A stretch of 64,000 nucleotides of DNA from Halarcobacter sp. (GTDB taxonomy: Bacteria; Campylobacterota; Campylobacteria; Campylobacterales; Arcobacteraceae): positions 2,112,001-2,176,000 of the forward strand of contig CP182352.1 of assembly GCA_048571215.1 (NCBI GenBank). Direction: 5' to 3'. Made by a program: the position numbers and the translations under genes. The notes beneath the pieces were generated by a model. It made no database searches, had not been told where the DNA came from, and saw only the letters and a list, made by a program, of their open reading frames with translations. This document shows, piece after piece, positions 52,146-61,888 of this stretch (the first letter of the stretch is position 1; each line of letters begins with the position of its first letter).

Positions 52146-54008
52146 ATGATGAAAGATTTTAGCTTTAAATCAAAAATTTTAGTACTAGTATCTATTGGTT
52201 TACTTGGTATATTATTTGCAACTTTTATGACTATACAAAATGCTCATAAAGGTAAAGTATCTTTAAATGATTTTATTCAAAAAGCAGTAATACCAAATAG
52301 CAAATTAGAAAAACTAGAACAAACAATAAATTGGACTTATGCAAATATGGTTGAAGTCACAAGTGATTTTGCTCCTACTGTTGCATCATATGATTTAATG
52401 AAGACCAAATTTGTTGAAGTTGAAAAACAATTAAACAATTTAAATAATGAAGTTTTTATAGAAAACAAAAAATTAATCAATGATATAAAAAAAGATTGGT
52501 TTTCGATGAAAAAAGTTATTATAGAAAAAATTCTACCTGCATATGAAGATGAAGATTTAGAATTAGTTGGAGAGATAACGCAAATAGATATTTCACCCTA
52601 TTTTTTCAGTATCAAAAAAACTTTTAAACAATTGAATATAAAGGTGAAAAAATACTATCAAGAGATACAAGAGAATAGTACAAAAAGACTTGATGACAGT
52701 AGTAATTTTTCACTTATTATCTCAATTATTAATATAATTGCTGTTTTACTTATAGGATATTATATTGCAGTGACCCAGTTTACAAAACCAATTTTAGAGT
52801 TTCAAAAAGGTTTATTGTTGTTCTTTGATTATATGAATAAAAAAACAACACAAATCACTTTATTGGATGAAAATAGAAAAGATGAATTTGGGCAAATGGC
52901 AAAAGTTTTAAATGAAAATATCTTAAAAATTGAGAAAAACCTAAAAATAGATTTTGAACTTATTGAAGATACTACACAAATAGCAAACAATGTAAAATCT
53001 GGTGATTTAACATCTAGAGTTACAAAGATATCAAATAATGAGGAACTTAACAAGTTAAAAGATGTATTAAATCATATGATTGACTCAATAGATACCTATA
53101 TATCAAAAATACTTAATGTACTTGATAGCTACTCTAATCTTGATTATACTAAAAAAGTTAAAGATATAAATGTTGAAGCACAACTAGCTCAACTATCAAA
53201 TGGAATAAACAACTTAGGGGAAACCATCTCTAAAATGTTATTAGATAGTTTAAACAATGGCTCAAAACTAAAAGAAAATGCCAATTTTTTACAAGAAAAT
53301 GTTGAAAAAGTAAGTGCAAGTACAAGTCAGGAAGCTGCTAGTTTAGAAGAAACTGCAGCAGCTTTAGAGGAGATTACTGAAACAATAGTGAGTAATGCAA
53401 CAAATATAAATCAAATGTCAAATTATGCAAAAGAACTAGCAAGTGCAGTAAAACAAGGAGAAGAATTAGCCCATAAAACAACCTCATCAATGGATAAGAT
53501 AAATACAGAAATAACAGCAATAAATGAAGCAATTACAGTTATAGACCAAATCGCTTTTCAAACAAATATATTATCTTTAAATGCTGCAGTTGAAGCAGCC
53601 ACTGCTGGTGAAGCAGGAAAAGGTTTTGCTGTTGTAGCAGGAGAAGTTAGAAATTTAGCAGCAAGATCAGCTGAGGCAGCAAGTGAGATAAAAAACTTAG
53701 TTCAAAGTGCTACAACTAAAGCAAATGATGGGAAAATTGTTTCTGATAGTATGATTGAAGGTTATAATAATCTAAATAGAAATATACAAGATACAATTGA
53801 ACTTATAAATAATGTATCTATATCATCATCAGAACAAAAAACAGGGATAGAACAAATCAATGATGCAATAGGAAAACTAGATCAACAAACCCAAGCAAAT
53901 GCATCTGCATCAAGTCAAACAAAAGAGATTGCTAACCTTGTAAATAAAATGGCTGAAAATATTGTAACAGAAACAAATCATAAAAAATTTATTGGAAAAG
54001 ATATCTAA
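52146..54008 (+). CDS. Methyl-accepting chemotaxis protein
   Basis: Two TM helices around a periplasmic sensor domain, [39 protein letters not shown]. Confidence 0.96.
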   Translation: MMKDFSFKSKILVLVSIGLLGILFATFMTIQNAHKGKVSLNDFIQKAVIPNSKLEKLEQTINWTYANMVEVTSDFAPTVASYDLMKTKFVEVEKQLNNLNNEVFIENKKLINDIKKDWFSMKKVIIEKILPAYEDEDLELVGEITQIDISPYFFSIKKTFKQLNIKVKKYYQEIQENSTKRLDDSSNFSLIISIINIIAVLLIGYYIAVTQFTKPILEFQKGLLLFFDYMNKKTTQITLLDENRKDEFGQMAKVLNENILKIEKNLKIDFELIEDTTQIANNVKSGDLTSRVTKISNNEELNKLKDVLNHMIDSIDTYISKILNVLDSYSNLDYTKKVKDINVEAQLAQLSNGINNLGETISKMLLDSLNNGSKLKENANFLQENVEKVSASTSQEAASLEETAAALEEITETIVSNATNINQMSNYAKELASAVKQGEELAHKTTSSMDKINTEITAINEAITVIDQIAFQTNILSLNAAVEAATAGEAGKGFAVVAGEVRNLAARSAEAASEIKNLVQSATTKANDGKIVSDSMIEGYNNLNRNIQDTIELINNVSISSSEQKTGIEQINDAIGKLDQQTQANASASSQTKEIANLVNKMAENIVTETNHKKFIGKDI

Positions 54009-54029
54009 AACACTAAAACTTTTGTAAGT

Positions 54030-54899
54030 TTATATTTCAATAATATAAAAACTTTCAAAAGTTTCATCACTATTTAAAATATTTATACCTCTTTTTTCTT
54101 CAAGTTTTTGATTATGTTCTATAAAATCAGCAACTCCATGCCAAGGCTCTATACAAATAAATGGTGCACCTGTAGGTTTTGACCATAAACCTAAATAAGG
54201 AAAACCTTTAAAATCTATTTTTATAAATCTATTGTTTTTAGTATTTTTAAAACAGATAGTATCAATACTTTTATCATTTAAAACAAGGGCATCATCTTTA
54301 AATATTGTTTCATCTAAAAAGAGTCTATTTTCTTTTAGATCTATCTTCACACTATTTTTATCTACACCATGATTAGTCAAAGGAAATCTTTCTAAACTAT
54401 TTATATTTTTAAAAGCAAAATAACAATCTTGTTTCTCTTCATTTTCTAAAGGCCAATTAAATGCTGGATGAGCCCCAATTGAAAAATAGATTTTGTCATT
54501 TGATTTATTTACTACTTTATAACTAACTATCAAAGAACTATTTTTTAAAGTGTATGTTATAAAAAGCTTAAAGTAAAAAGGATATTTTTTGTAACTCTCT
54601 TTTGTATTTTCAAGTTTTAAAGTGATCTTATCATCTTCTTTTTCAACAACTTCAAATAAACTATCCCTTGCAAACCCATGTTGCCCCATACTATAAGTTT
54701 TCTCTTTATAAATATATTTATCATCCAAAAGTTTTCCAACTATGGGAAATAGTACAGGGGCGTGTCTATTCCAATATTTAGCATCACCTTGCCAAATATA
54801 TTCAATATCCTCATCATTTTTTTTTAAACTACAAAGTTCTGCTCCAAAATCTTTTATATTTGCTTGTAAAAAACTATTTCTTATGGTGTATATTTTCAT
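54030..54899 (-). CDS. Aldose 1-epimerase family protein (LacX-like)
   Basis: APVLFPIVG, QHGFAR, GAHPAF, FICIEPW. Confidence 0.9.
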   Translation of the reverse strand: MKIYTIRNSFLQANIKDFGAELCSLKKNDEDIEYIWQGDAKYWNRHAPVLFPIVGKLLDDKYIYKEKTYSMGQHGFARDSLFEVVEKEDDKITLKLENTKESYKKYPFYFKLFITYTLKNSSLIVSYKVVNKSNDKIYFSIGAHPAFNWPLENEEKQDCYFAFKNINSLERFPLTNHGVDKNSVKIDLKENRLFLDETIFKDDALVLNDKSIDTICFKNTKNNRFIKIDFKGFPYLGLWSKPTGAPFICIEPWHGVADFIEHNQKLEEKRGINILNSDETFESFYIIEI

Positions 54900-54907
54900 A
54901 AAATCTC

Positions 54908-55558
54908 TTATTGTTTTAATATTTGTATTTTTTTTAATAATAATTGTTTTTGATTTATATCATTTTCTATTTTATAAAGATAATTTAACCAATATAAAAC
55001 CAAACTTTTATATCCATAAAATGATGCTTTATCTATTAAATATTTTATATCTTCTTTTTTTAGCTGTTTTTTTACTAAACTTGCTGCTATAAATTGAGAA
55101 GAGACTTGTTTTATTGATTTGATAGACTCAAATAATAACTCATAGTTTTTTTCTAAATTATACTTTTCAAAAGTTTGATACTGTTTTGGTAAGAGTTCTA
55201 TTTGTTCTTTTTTTATTTTATTTTGCAACATTAAATAATAAGCATTTAACTCTTTTGAAGAGATCAACTCTTCTATTTGCTTAAACTGCAAACACTTATC
55301 ATCTTCCCCCACACTTATATTTAAAGCGCAAGAACCTAAGTAAATCCTTCCTAATTGGTTTAAGTTTGCACTTTGTTTTGCATATTTTATTGCCCTATTT
55401 AAATCATCCTTTGCTAAGTCTATATCTGCACTTAAAAAACTTTTTGTATATGAACTAAAAGCACTTGAGCTATTGTATTCCCATTGATTTTCAGGTGCTT
55501 TAAAAGAACAACCATAAAAAAGAACTATTAAAAAAACTATTAAGATATTTAGTTTCAT
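54908..55558 (-). CDS. Lipoprotein associated with the MCE/Mla system
   Basis: Lipobox LFYGC; overlaps the MCE gene. Confidence 0.75.
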   Translation of the reverse strand: MKLNILIVFLIVLFYGCSFKAPENQWEYNSSSAFSSYTKSFLSADIDLAKDDLNRAIKYAKQSANLNQLGRIYLGSCALNISVGEDDKCLQFKQIEELISSKELNAYYLMLQNKIKKEQIELLPKQYQTFEKYNLEKNYELLFESIKSIKQVSSQFIAASLVKKQLKKEDIKYLIDKASFYGYKSLVLYWLNYLYKIENDINQKQLLLKKIQILKQ

Positions 55559-56469
55559 GGTAAAACTACCTTTTGATTTTTTTGCTCTAAGAATAGATTA
55601 TCAACTTTTTCTATGATTTTATTTGATTTTGTTATTGCTGCTTTTACCTGTTGTTTTATTTGAATTAAATCTTTTTCTGATGAACCAACTGAGTTAACCA
55701 CACCATCTAAACTTTTCAGTTTTTTTTGTATATCTTGTGCAATATTCCCTAACTGTTTCATAAACTGAGCTAACTGGGGTATTACATCGCTATTTACATC
55801 AGAGCTTATTTTATTGAATTTTTTTAATAAGATAGGTAGTTCATTTATAGTTTTTATAAAAGATTCAGTTGATTTTTTATCTCCTGTTATACTTGTAAGC
55901 AAGGATTTGTTCTCCACTAAACTTGCACTAAATTTTTCTATGTTTTTAACAATTTTCATCAACTCAGAATCATCTTTGGCAAGATAAGTTGTGATTTTAT
56001 CCACAGAAGTAACTATATTTGATATTTTAGAGATTATAGGTTCTAAACTTAAAACTAAATCATTTATATCATTGCTAACTATTGTGTTTATTGTTGAGCC
56101 ATCTTTTAAAATAGGATTTCCAATAGCAGAATATAATATGATTTGAGCAGAACCTAAAACAGGTTTTTGTATCATTAGTAAACTTCCTTCACTAAGCCAC
56201 TTTTGGTTTTCTTTATCTACTGAAAAAGTAAATTTTACATTCCCATTATCTAAAAGTTTAATTGTATCTATTCTACCAATAGCAAAACCAGAAACTTTCA
56301 CAGGCATCCCAACAGTAAATGAATCAGCACTAAAAGTTATAAAAGAGTAGTTATATCTTTTATCAAAAGTGCCTTTTTTTACTAAGATATAATATACCAC
56401 ACCAAAAAGGTTTAAAAGTAAGAAAAGTACAAATAATCCCACCTTAAATTTTATATTATTATAAGTCAT
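55555..56469 (-). CDS. MCE/MlaD-family protein
   Basis: KVGLFV TM helix, GMPVKVSGFAIGRI, long helical C-terminus. Confidence 0.88.
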   Translation of the reverse strand: MTYNNIKFKVGLFVLFLLLNLFGVVYYILVKKGTFDKRYNYSFITFSADSFTVGMPVKVSGFAIGRIDTIKLLDNGNVKFTFSVDKENQKWLSEGSLLMIQKPVLGSAQIILYSAIGNPILKDGSTINTIVSNDINDLVLSLEPIISKISNIVTSVDKITTYLAKDDSELMKIVKNIEKFSASLVENKSLLTSITGDKKSTESFIKTINELPILLKKFNKISSDVNSDVIPQLAQFMKQLGNIAQDIQKKLKSLDGVVNSVGSSEKDLIQIKQQVKAAITKSNKIIEKVDNLFLEQKNQKVVLP

Positions 56470-56483
56470 TTTTTTCCTAAATT

Positions 56484-57239
56484 TTAATAAAGTATCAATA
56501 TAAACAATGATTCTACTAAGATTAGCATACTTAATATTATGATTAAATTTTTTATTACCAATCTAGTTACATCAGAGGCACTCTTTCTTATATGCCCTGA
56601 ATAAAGTGGTATAAAAACACAAATAAAACCAAAGATAGCACCCTTTATCAATAAAACTAAAATATTTTTAAAATTAATAGAAGTGATAATCATATTTTTA
56701 TATGTCATAAAATCGATATTTAGATATAAAGAAGAAACAATATAACCACTAGCTATCATAATAGTTGCAAACAACAAAGCCATTAGGGGTACTATAAATA
56801 AACCTGTTATCAATTTTGGTATATAAACCTTACTACCTAAAACATTTTGCTCTTTTTTCATATCATGTATTTTTTCTTGTAAAGATAAACTATAAACTAA
56901 AACAAAAAAGATAGCTGTAAAAAATGGTGAAAATTCATTTATCACAAATAAAATCAATAACTTACCCATTTGATCAACAAGATTAAAACTTATTGAAAAA
57001 CTAATTGCAAGTACCAAAAGAGCTGAACCCAAAAATAAAGCTAAAAAAATAAAAGAAAATAGATTTCTAATACCACTTAAATAAATTTGTTCAACAAAAA
57101 TAATTCTCGAAGATTTACCATAATTTCTAGGCAAAAATATATTACCAAGGGATTGAAAAAGAAAAATAAAAAAAGCATAAGTAGAGATAGAATAATCAAT
57201 AACCCTACTTCCGATATTTTCTACAAATTTTACAAACAA
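56484..57239 (-). CDS. MlaE-family ABC permease (divergent)
   Basis: EQIYLSG, NEFSPFFTA, IPK, LIKGAIFG; adjacent to the MCE gene. Confidence 0.8.
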   Translation of the reverse strand: MFVKFVENIGSRVIDYSISTYAFFIFLFQSLGNIFLPRNYGKSSRIIFVEQIYLSGIRNLFSFIFLALFLGSALLVLAISFSISFNLVDQMGKLLILFVINEFSPFFTAIFFVLVYSLSLQEKIHDMKKEQNVLGSKVYIPKLITGLFIVPLMALLFATIMIASGYIVSSLYLNIDFMTYKNMIITSINFKNILVLLIKGAIFGFICVFIPLYSGHIRKSASDVTRLVIKNLIIILSMLILVESLFILILY

Positions 57240-57333
57240 ATTTGACTCTTTCAGATTATGTAAAACTATATAATCATAAATTTTATATTAAATAATAGTA
57301 CCAAAATAGTAATGAATAGTGTATAAACTCTAA

Positions 57334-58251
57334 TTAATTGTTTAATGAAAGTAATTTTTGTTTGAGTTTTCTTTTTAACATTTTTTTAAAAGATTGGGGA
57401 GATATAATATTTATATTTGGTAACCATTTAATTACTAATTCTGCAAGCTCATTCAATGAACTTACATTATAATGTACTTCTATATCTCCATTATCAAAGG
57501 TGTGGACAACTTCTTGTGAAGGAAGATACTTTTTGAAAATAAAAAATCTACTTACTTTTTTTGAAACTCGTAATTTTACAAGGATATTATCTTTTCCAAA
57601 TACCGCCCAAGGTGTTTGTATTTTTTTAATGAACTTTTGTATATCTGAATGTGCATAAAATGTTTTTTTTGTATCTGTCACTTCCTCAATCATAGAGATA
57701 CGTCGAAATTCAAATTGTGATTTAGAAGCGTTTTCCCCAACAAGATAGAAGTTTTCATTTAAAAATAGTATTTTGTACGGTCTAAAATTTGTTTGAGTAA
57801 CAGCTCTCTCACTTTTATACTTTATCTTTACCTCTTTGTTGAACTTAATCGCATGCTCAAGTTTTTTTATTACTTCAATCTTCTTTATACTCTCAAATGG
57901 GCGAGATTTAAAGTCATATACACTCATTGACTGCTTTATCAGTGCCTTTGTTTTATCAGAGATAAGAGATTCTTTTTGCGTAATGCCAAAAAGATTAACT
58001 ATATTTGCTAATGTCATCAAGTCTCTAGCATTAAGTACATCTTCAAGTAATACTTTTTTGTAAGCTTGATAACACTCTCCCTCTTTGCTCACAAAGTCCC
58101 CAAAAATCTCTTTTATCAGTTCAAAATCTCTTCGTATAGTTCTGTCACTAACTTCATATGCAGTAGCTAGATTTGAAATACAAAGTTTTTTACCAGCATT
58201 TAGATCTTTTAAAATTTCTATAGTTCGATATAGGCTAGATTTTTGGCTCAA
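57334..58251 (-). CDS. wHTH-WYL(-WCX) transcriptional regulator (YafY/PafBC-like)
   Basis: HTH LATAYEVSDRTIRRDF; WYL domain PYKILFLNENFYLVG...FRRISMI; C-terminal IISPQSFK. Confidence 0.9.
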   Translation of the reverse strand: MSQKSSLYRTIEILKDLNAGKKLCISNLATAYEVSDRTIRRDFELIKEIFGDFVSKEGECYQAYKKVLLEDVLNARDLMTLANIVNLFGITQKESLISDKTKALIKQSMSVYDFKSRPFESIKKIEVIKKLEHAIKFNKEVKIKYKSERAVTQTNFRPYKILFLNENFYLVGENASKSQFEFRRISMIEEVTDTKKTFYAHSDIQKFIKKIQTPWAVFGKDNILVKLRVSKKVSRFFIFKKYLPSQEVVHTFDNGDIEVHYNVSSLNELAELVIKWLPNINIISPQSFKKMLKRKLKQKLLSLNN

Positions 58252-58796
58252 TTATTTTTTCCATTTATGATATCTAAATACTCTTCTTTGACATCATCAT
58301 CTATTTCAACACCTTTATTGCCACCATAGAGTTTGTCACTTTGATTTTTTTTGAAACCACTAATCCAGTATTCTTCCCCTGTATCTACATCATAATAATT
58401 AGATTTGTATCCATTACCTTTTAAACTAGAAAATCGTTTATCGCCATAATATAAGCTTTTACCAGACTTAGAAAAATAAACTCTACCTATACGTCCATCA
58501 CCCAATATGCCACCACCTTTATATTCTATATACATGATACGTGATTTGAGATTTTTCTTTAATGGCATAATCCAATCATCATTGGATTCTACTGCCTCAC
58601 TTTCACACTCTTTGATAATTTCATCAGCCTTTTCTAATATCTGCCATTTTTCAAAACCACGACTTTGAAGTTCATATTCTATACGTCTTTTTTTAGCATT
58701 TAAGTATCTACGATTTTTATTGTATTTAGAATTTTCTTCATCATCAACACATTGAGCGAAATTTTCCAATAAAGTTTCTGTTGGGATATTTTTCAT
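58248..58796 (-). CDS. Conserved hypothetical protein
   Basis: Helical N-terminus plus Gly/aromatic-rich domain RIMYIEYK...GRIGRVYFSKSGKSLYY...NYYDVDTGEEYWISG; ATGA overlaps with both neighbours. Confidence 0.7.
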   Translation of the reverse strand: MKNIPTETLLENFAQCVDDEENSKYNKNRRYLNAKKRRIEYELQSRGFEKWQILEKADEIIKECESEAVESNDDWIMPLKKNLKSRIMYIEYKGGGILGDGRIGRVYFSKSGKSLYYGDKRFSSLKGNGYKSNYYDVDTGEEYWISGFKKNQSDKLYGGNKGVEIDDDVKEEYLDIINGKNN

Positions 58797-59116
58797 TTTA
58801 AGTATTCCTCTACTGATGTTTTTAACAATTTTACCAATTCTTCATCCATATATTGATACTCATCAGGAATATCAAGAACAATAATTTTTTTATATTGTAG
58901 TTGTCTAGAAAAGTCAGATTTTAGCCTTTCTTTATGTTTGTACTCCATCACAAAGATAAGTTCTGCCCACTGTATATCTTTAGCATTAACTATTTTTCTT
59001 GCACTTGGACTTGTTCCGGCCGAGCGAACATTGACACGATCATCTTTGCTATATATTTTCTCAGCCGTAGGGCTTCGCCATTGGTTACGGCTACATATAA
59101 ATAGGATGTTTTTCAT
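58793..59116 (-). CDS. Low-molecular-weight PTP/ArsC-fold phosphatase
   Basis: P-loop LFICSRNQWRSPTAE, SAGT, WAELIFVME, LDIPDEY. Confidence 0.85.
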   Translation of the reverse strand: MKNILFICSRNQWRSPTAEKIYSKDDRVNVRSAGTSPSARKIVNAKDIQWAELIFVMEYKHKERLKSDFSRQLQYKKIIVLDIPDEYQYMDEELVKLLKTSVEEYLK

Positions 59117-59643
59117 CTTATCTTTATTCGTTTCTTTTTAAATTTTTTAAATCCATAGGCAAGTACTCTTTGAATAAGTTTTAACTCTTTTGCATTGAAC
59201 TTTGGATGATATGGTGGATTATTTTGAGTTACACTTGGTAAGTTTGTGCCAAAAAAAACTTTTTCATATACTTTATATGCTTTTACAGCTTTACTACGAT
59301 ATGCTTGTAATTCATCATTATCAAGCTCAAAAGTATTTGCCATATCAATAAAAAAATTCCAAACAGTTAAGATGTCTGTACACTCAATTTTACCTTTAGC
59401 ATTCTTTTTTATCCATTTCAAAACTATGTCTAAATTATGCACTATAGGTTCAGAGTCTTTTACCACTTTTATATCTCTTTTTTTTGCATATTGTTTTAAA
59501 AATTTTAATTCTGTAAAAACAGGAATTTTGTTAGATTTTTTATCAATATAAAATGTATCTTCATTCTCATCATCTATTTCTAAAATAAGATACCTATTCT
59601 TTTTATTTAATCTATAGAGTAATGGGTAAAATTTAGTTTTCAA
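59113..59643 (-). CDS. Hypothetical protein
   Basis: 176-aa ORF with TTG start behind AAGGAAG; overlaps the downstream gene. Confidence 0.65.
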   Translation of the reverse strand: MKTKFYPLLYRLNKKNRYLILEIDDENEDTFYIDKKSNKIPVFTELKFLKQYAKKRDIKVVKDSEPIVHNLDIVLKWIKKNAKGKIECTDILTVWNFFIDMANTFELDNDELQAYRSKAVKAYKVYEKVFFGTNLPSVTQNNPPYHPKFNAKELKLIQRVLAYGFKKFKKKRIKIR

Positions 59644-59730
59644 AATAAAATACTTCCTTTATTTAAAACTGGACAAAATACGTCAAAAAAATATTGTAAC
59701 ATCTTTTCAATAAAAAATAAGGAGTCAAAT

Positions 59731-59841
59731 ATGAAATCATTAACAAAACAAAATCAACACAATACACAAAACAAAAATAACAAACCATGGAGAAATAATG
59801 GACAATTTAACAATCATCGCTTCAAAGAAAAACTGGATTGA
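59731..59841 (+). CDS. Putative 36-aa leader ORF overlapping the rtcB start out of frame
   Basis: AAGGAG at 59719-59724; manual translation MKSLTKQNQHNTQNKNNKPWRNNGQFNNHRFKEKLD. Confidence 0.45.
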   Translation: MKSLTKQNQHNTQNKNNKPWRNNGQFNNHRFKEKLD

Positions 59842-60859
59842 TACTAGAAGCGTAGAAACATTAAAAAATATTACACAATTTAAAGGTGTAAAAAAAGTAG
59901 TCGGATTACCAGACTTAAGTATAGGACTTGTCCCTAATGGCAGTGCAATACTAACAGAAGATAGAATCTATCCACATCTAATAGGTGGGGATATAGGATG
60001 TGGAATGAGCCTATTTGAGGTGCCTTTAAAAGCTAAAAGAATAAAAGTATCAAAATTTGTAAAAGCTCTTTCAAAGATAGAAAGTTTAGATGATATTGAT
60101 ATAGATGAACCATCACTTGGATACCATTTAGGAACTATAGGAAAAGGGAACCATTTTGCTGAGTTACATCTTGTAAATGAGATTAAAGATTATATGCTTT
60201 TTAAACAATTAAGTTTAGATGAAAATTCACTTTATACTTTAGTACATAGCGGTTCTCGTGCATTTGGACAGATTATATTTGATAAAGTAGCTGGACAATA
60301 CAATCCAAATGAGGGTTTATCCATTACTCAAGCAAGTAGTTATTTAAAAGAGCATGATAAAGCAATTATATATGCAAAAAAAAGTCGTCTACAAATAGCG
60401 AAAAAATTACTCAAAGCTATAAAACTAGAATCTAATTTAAAATGTGTAAGTGATACAGCACATAATAGTATTGAAAAAACAAAAGATGGTTTATTGCATA
60501 GAAAAGGTGCAACACCTACAAATAAAGGTGCTGTAATAATAGCTGGAAGTAGAGGGACACTTAGTTACCTTGTTATGGCAACGAATGACACAAAGAAATC
60601 TAATTATTCATTGGCTCATGGTGCAGGGAGAAAATGGGAAAGAAGTTCAGCAGAAGCTAAACTAAGAAACAATTACAATAAAACTGAATTGGAACGTACT
60701 TCTATAGGTTCACGTGTACTTTGCAAAGATAAAAAGTTACTTTATGAAGAAGCACCACAAGCTTATAAAAATATTGAAATTGTAATAAATGATTTAGTAG
60801 ATGCAGGACTTGCAACTGTTATAGCTACATTTAAACCTATACTTACATATAAGGAGTAG
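59798..60859 (+). CDS. rtcB: RtcB-family RNA ligase, release-factor-H-coupled (RtcB2) type
   Basis: GLPDL, IGGDIGCGM, LGTIGKGNHFAEL, VHSGSR, HRKGA, SLAHGAGRK, EEAPQAYK; short length and prfH neighbour. Confidence 0.92.
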   Translation: MDNLTIIASKKNWIDTRSVETLKNITQFKGVKKVVGLPDLSIGLVPNGSAILTEDRIYPHLIGGDIGCGMSLFEVPLKAKRIKVSKFVKALSKIESLDDIDIDEPSLGYHLGTIGKGNHFAELHLVNEIKDYMLFKQLSLDENSLYTLVHSGSRAFGQIIFDKVAGQYNPNEGLSITQASSYLKEHDKAIIYAKKSRLQIAKKLLKAIKLESNLKCVSDTAHNSIEKTKDGLLHRKGATPTNKGAVIIAGSRGTLSYLVMATNDTKKSNYSLAHGAGRKWERSSAEAKLRNNYNKTELERTSIGSRVLCKDKKLLYEEAPQAYKNIEIVINDLVDAGLATVIATFKPILTYKE

Positions 60860-60862
60860 AAA

Positions 60863-61456
60863 ATGATTATCTATATTAGTAGTGGTAATGGAGTAGATGA
60901 AGTTTGTAGAGCAATATGGCTTTTTTGTAACTGGCTAGAAAAAAACTATGACTTTGAAATTATCTCTATAGAGAAATCATCTCATGATTGTTATAAGTCG
61001 GTTCTTATAAAAAGTGATGATAAAAGCTTTAAGCATTTAGAAGGAACACATCTTTGGAAATCAACCAGCCCATTTAGACCAAAACATAAAAGAAAAAATT
61101 GGTATTTTTCTTTACAATGTTACGAAGAAAATAAAATTGAGCAAATAGATATAACAAAAATCATCTATCAAACAATGAAAAGTCCTAAAAAAGGTGGGCA
61201 ACATGTTAATACTACATCAAGTGGAGTGAGAGCTTTATACCCACCTTTGAATATAGAAGCATTAAGTTATGATGAAAGAAGTCAGCATCAAAACAAAAAA
61301 ATTGCACAAGAAAGACTTTTACAAAAAGTAAATTCCATAAATCATAAAAAAATACAAAAAAAAGCAATAATGATGTGGAAAGAAGGAAAAGAGATTGTAA
61401 GAGGAAATCCTATAAAGATTTTTGAAGGGCTTAAGTTTAAAGAGCTAATAAAATAA
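60863..61456 (+). CDS. prfH: Peptide chain release factor H
   Basis: W..TSPFRPKHKRKNWY hallmark, GGQHVNTTSSGVRA, ERSQHQNK. Confidence 0.92.
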   Translation: MIIYISSGNGVDEVCRAIWLFCNWLEKNYDFEIISIEKSSHDCYKSVLIKSDDKSFKHLEGTHLWKSTSPFRPKHKRKNWYFSLQCYEENKIEQIDITKIIYQTMKSPKKGGQHVNTTSSGVRALYPPLNIEALSYDERSQHQNKKIAQERLLQKVNSINHKKIQKKAIMMWKEGKEIVRGNPIKIFEGLKFKELIK

Positions 61457-61478
61457 AGATTATCTTACAATTTATCTC

Positions 61479-61501
61479 ATTCCCAAGCTAAGCTTGGGAA
61501 T
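61479..61501. repeat. GC-rich palindrome between convergent genes (terminator or REP-like)
   Basis: ATTCCCAAGCT-A-AGCTTGGGAAT. Confidence 0.55.
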
Positions 61502-61507
61502 AAATAC

Positions 61508-61885
61508 TTACTTTATTTTAGCCAAGATATTTCTATAAATCTTGTTATTTACATCTTTAATGATTATTTGAGAACGAAAAAGTGCCCAAAGTTCCACAAT
61601 TGAGATCAAAATAATCATTCCAAGCCCTATTTTATAATCTCCTTCAATTATCAATATTATACCAATAATAAAAACTAATAAATTTATACAAGCATTAATC
61701 CATTTTTCCAAATAAAAATGGTGTAAACCAGCTACAAAAAACCAATTTAAGGTTGCATATGTATCAGGGTCTTTTATTTTATCTTTTACCTCCAAATAAA
61801 AATTTTTTCTTTCTTCCTCACTTAAACTACTAATTTGATTACGTAGTTGTTCCTCTTCTTTATTTATTTCATCTTTATCAAGCAA
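61508..61885 (-). CDS. TM2-domain-like membrane protein
   Basis: KDPDTYATLNWFFVAGLHHFYL followed by two TM helices. Confidence 0.7.
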   Translation of the reverse strand: MLDKDEINKEEEQLRNQISSLSEEERKNFYLEVKDKIKDPDTYATLNWFFVAGLHHFYLEKWINACINLLVFIIGIILIIEGDYKIGLGMIILISIVELWALFRSQIIIKDVNNKIYRNILAKIK

Positions 61886-61888
61886 TGC

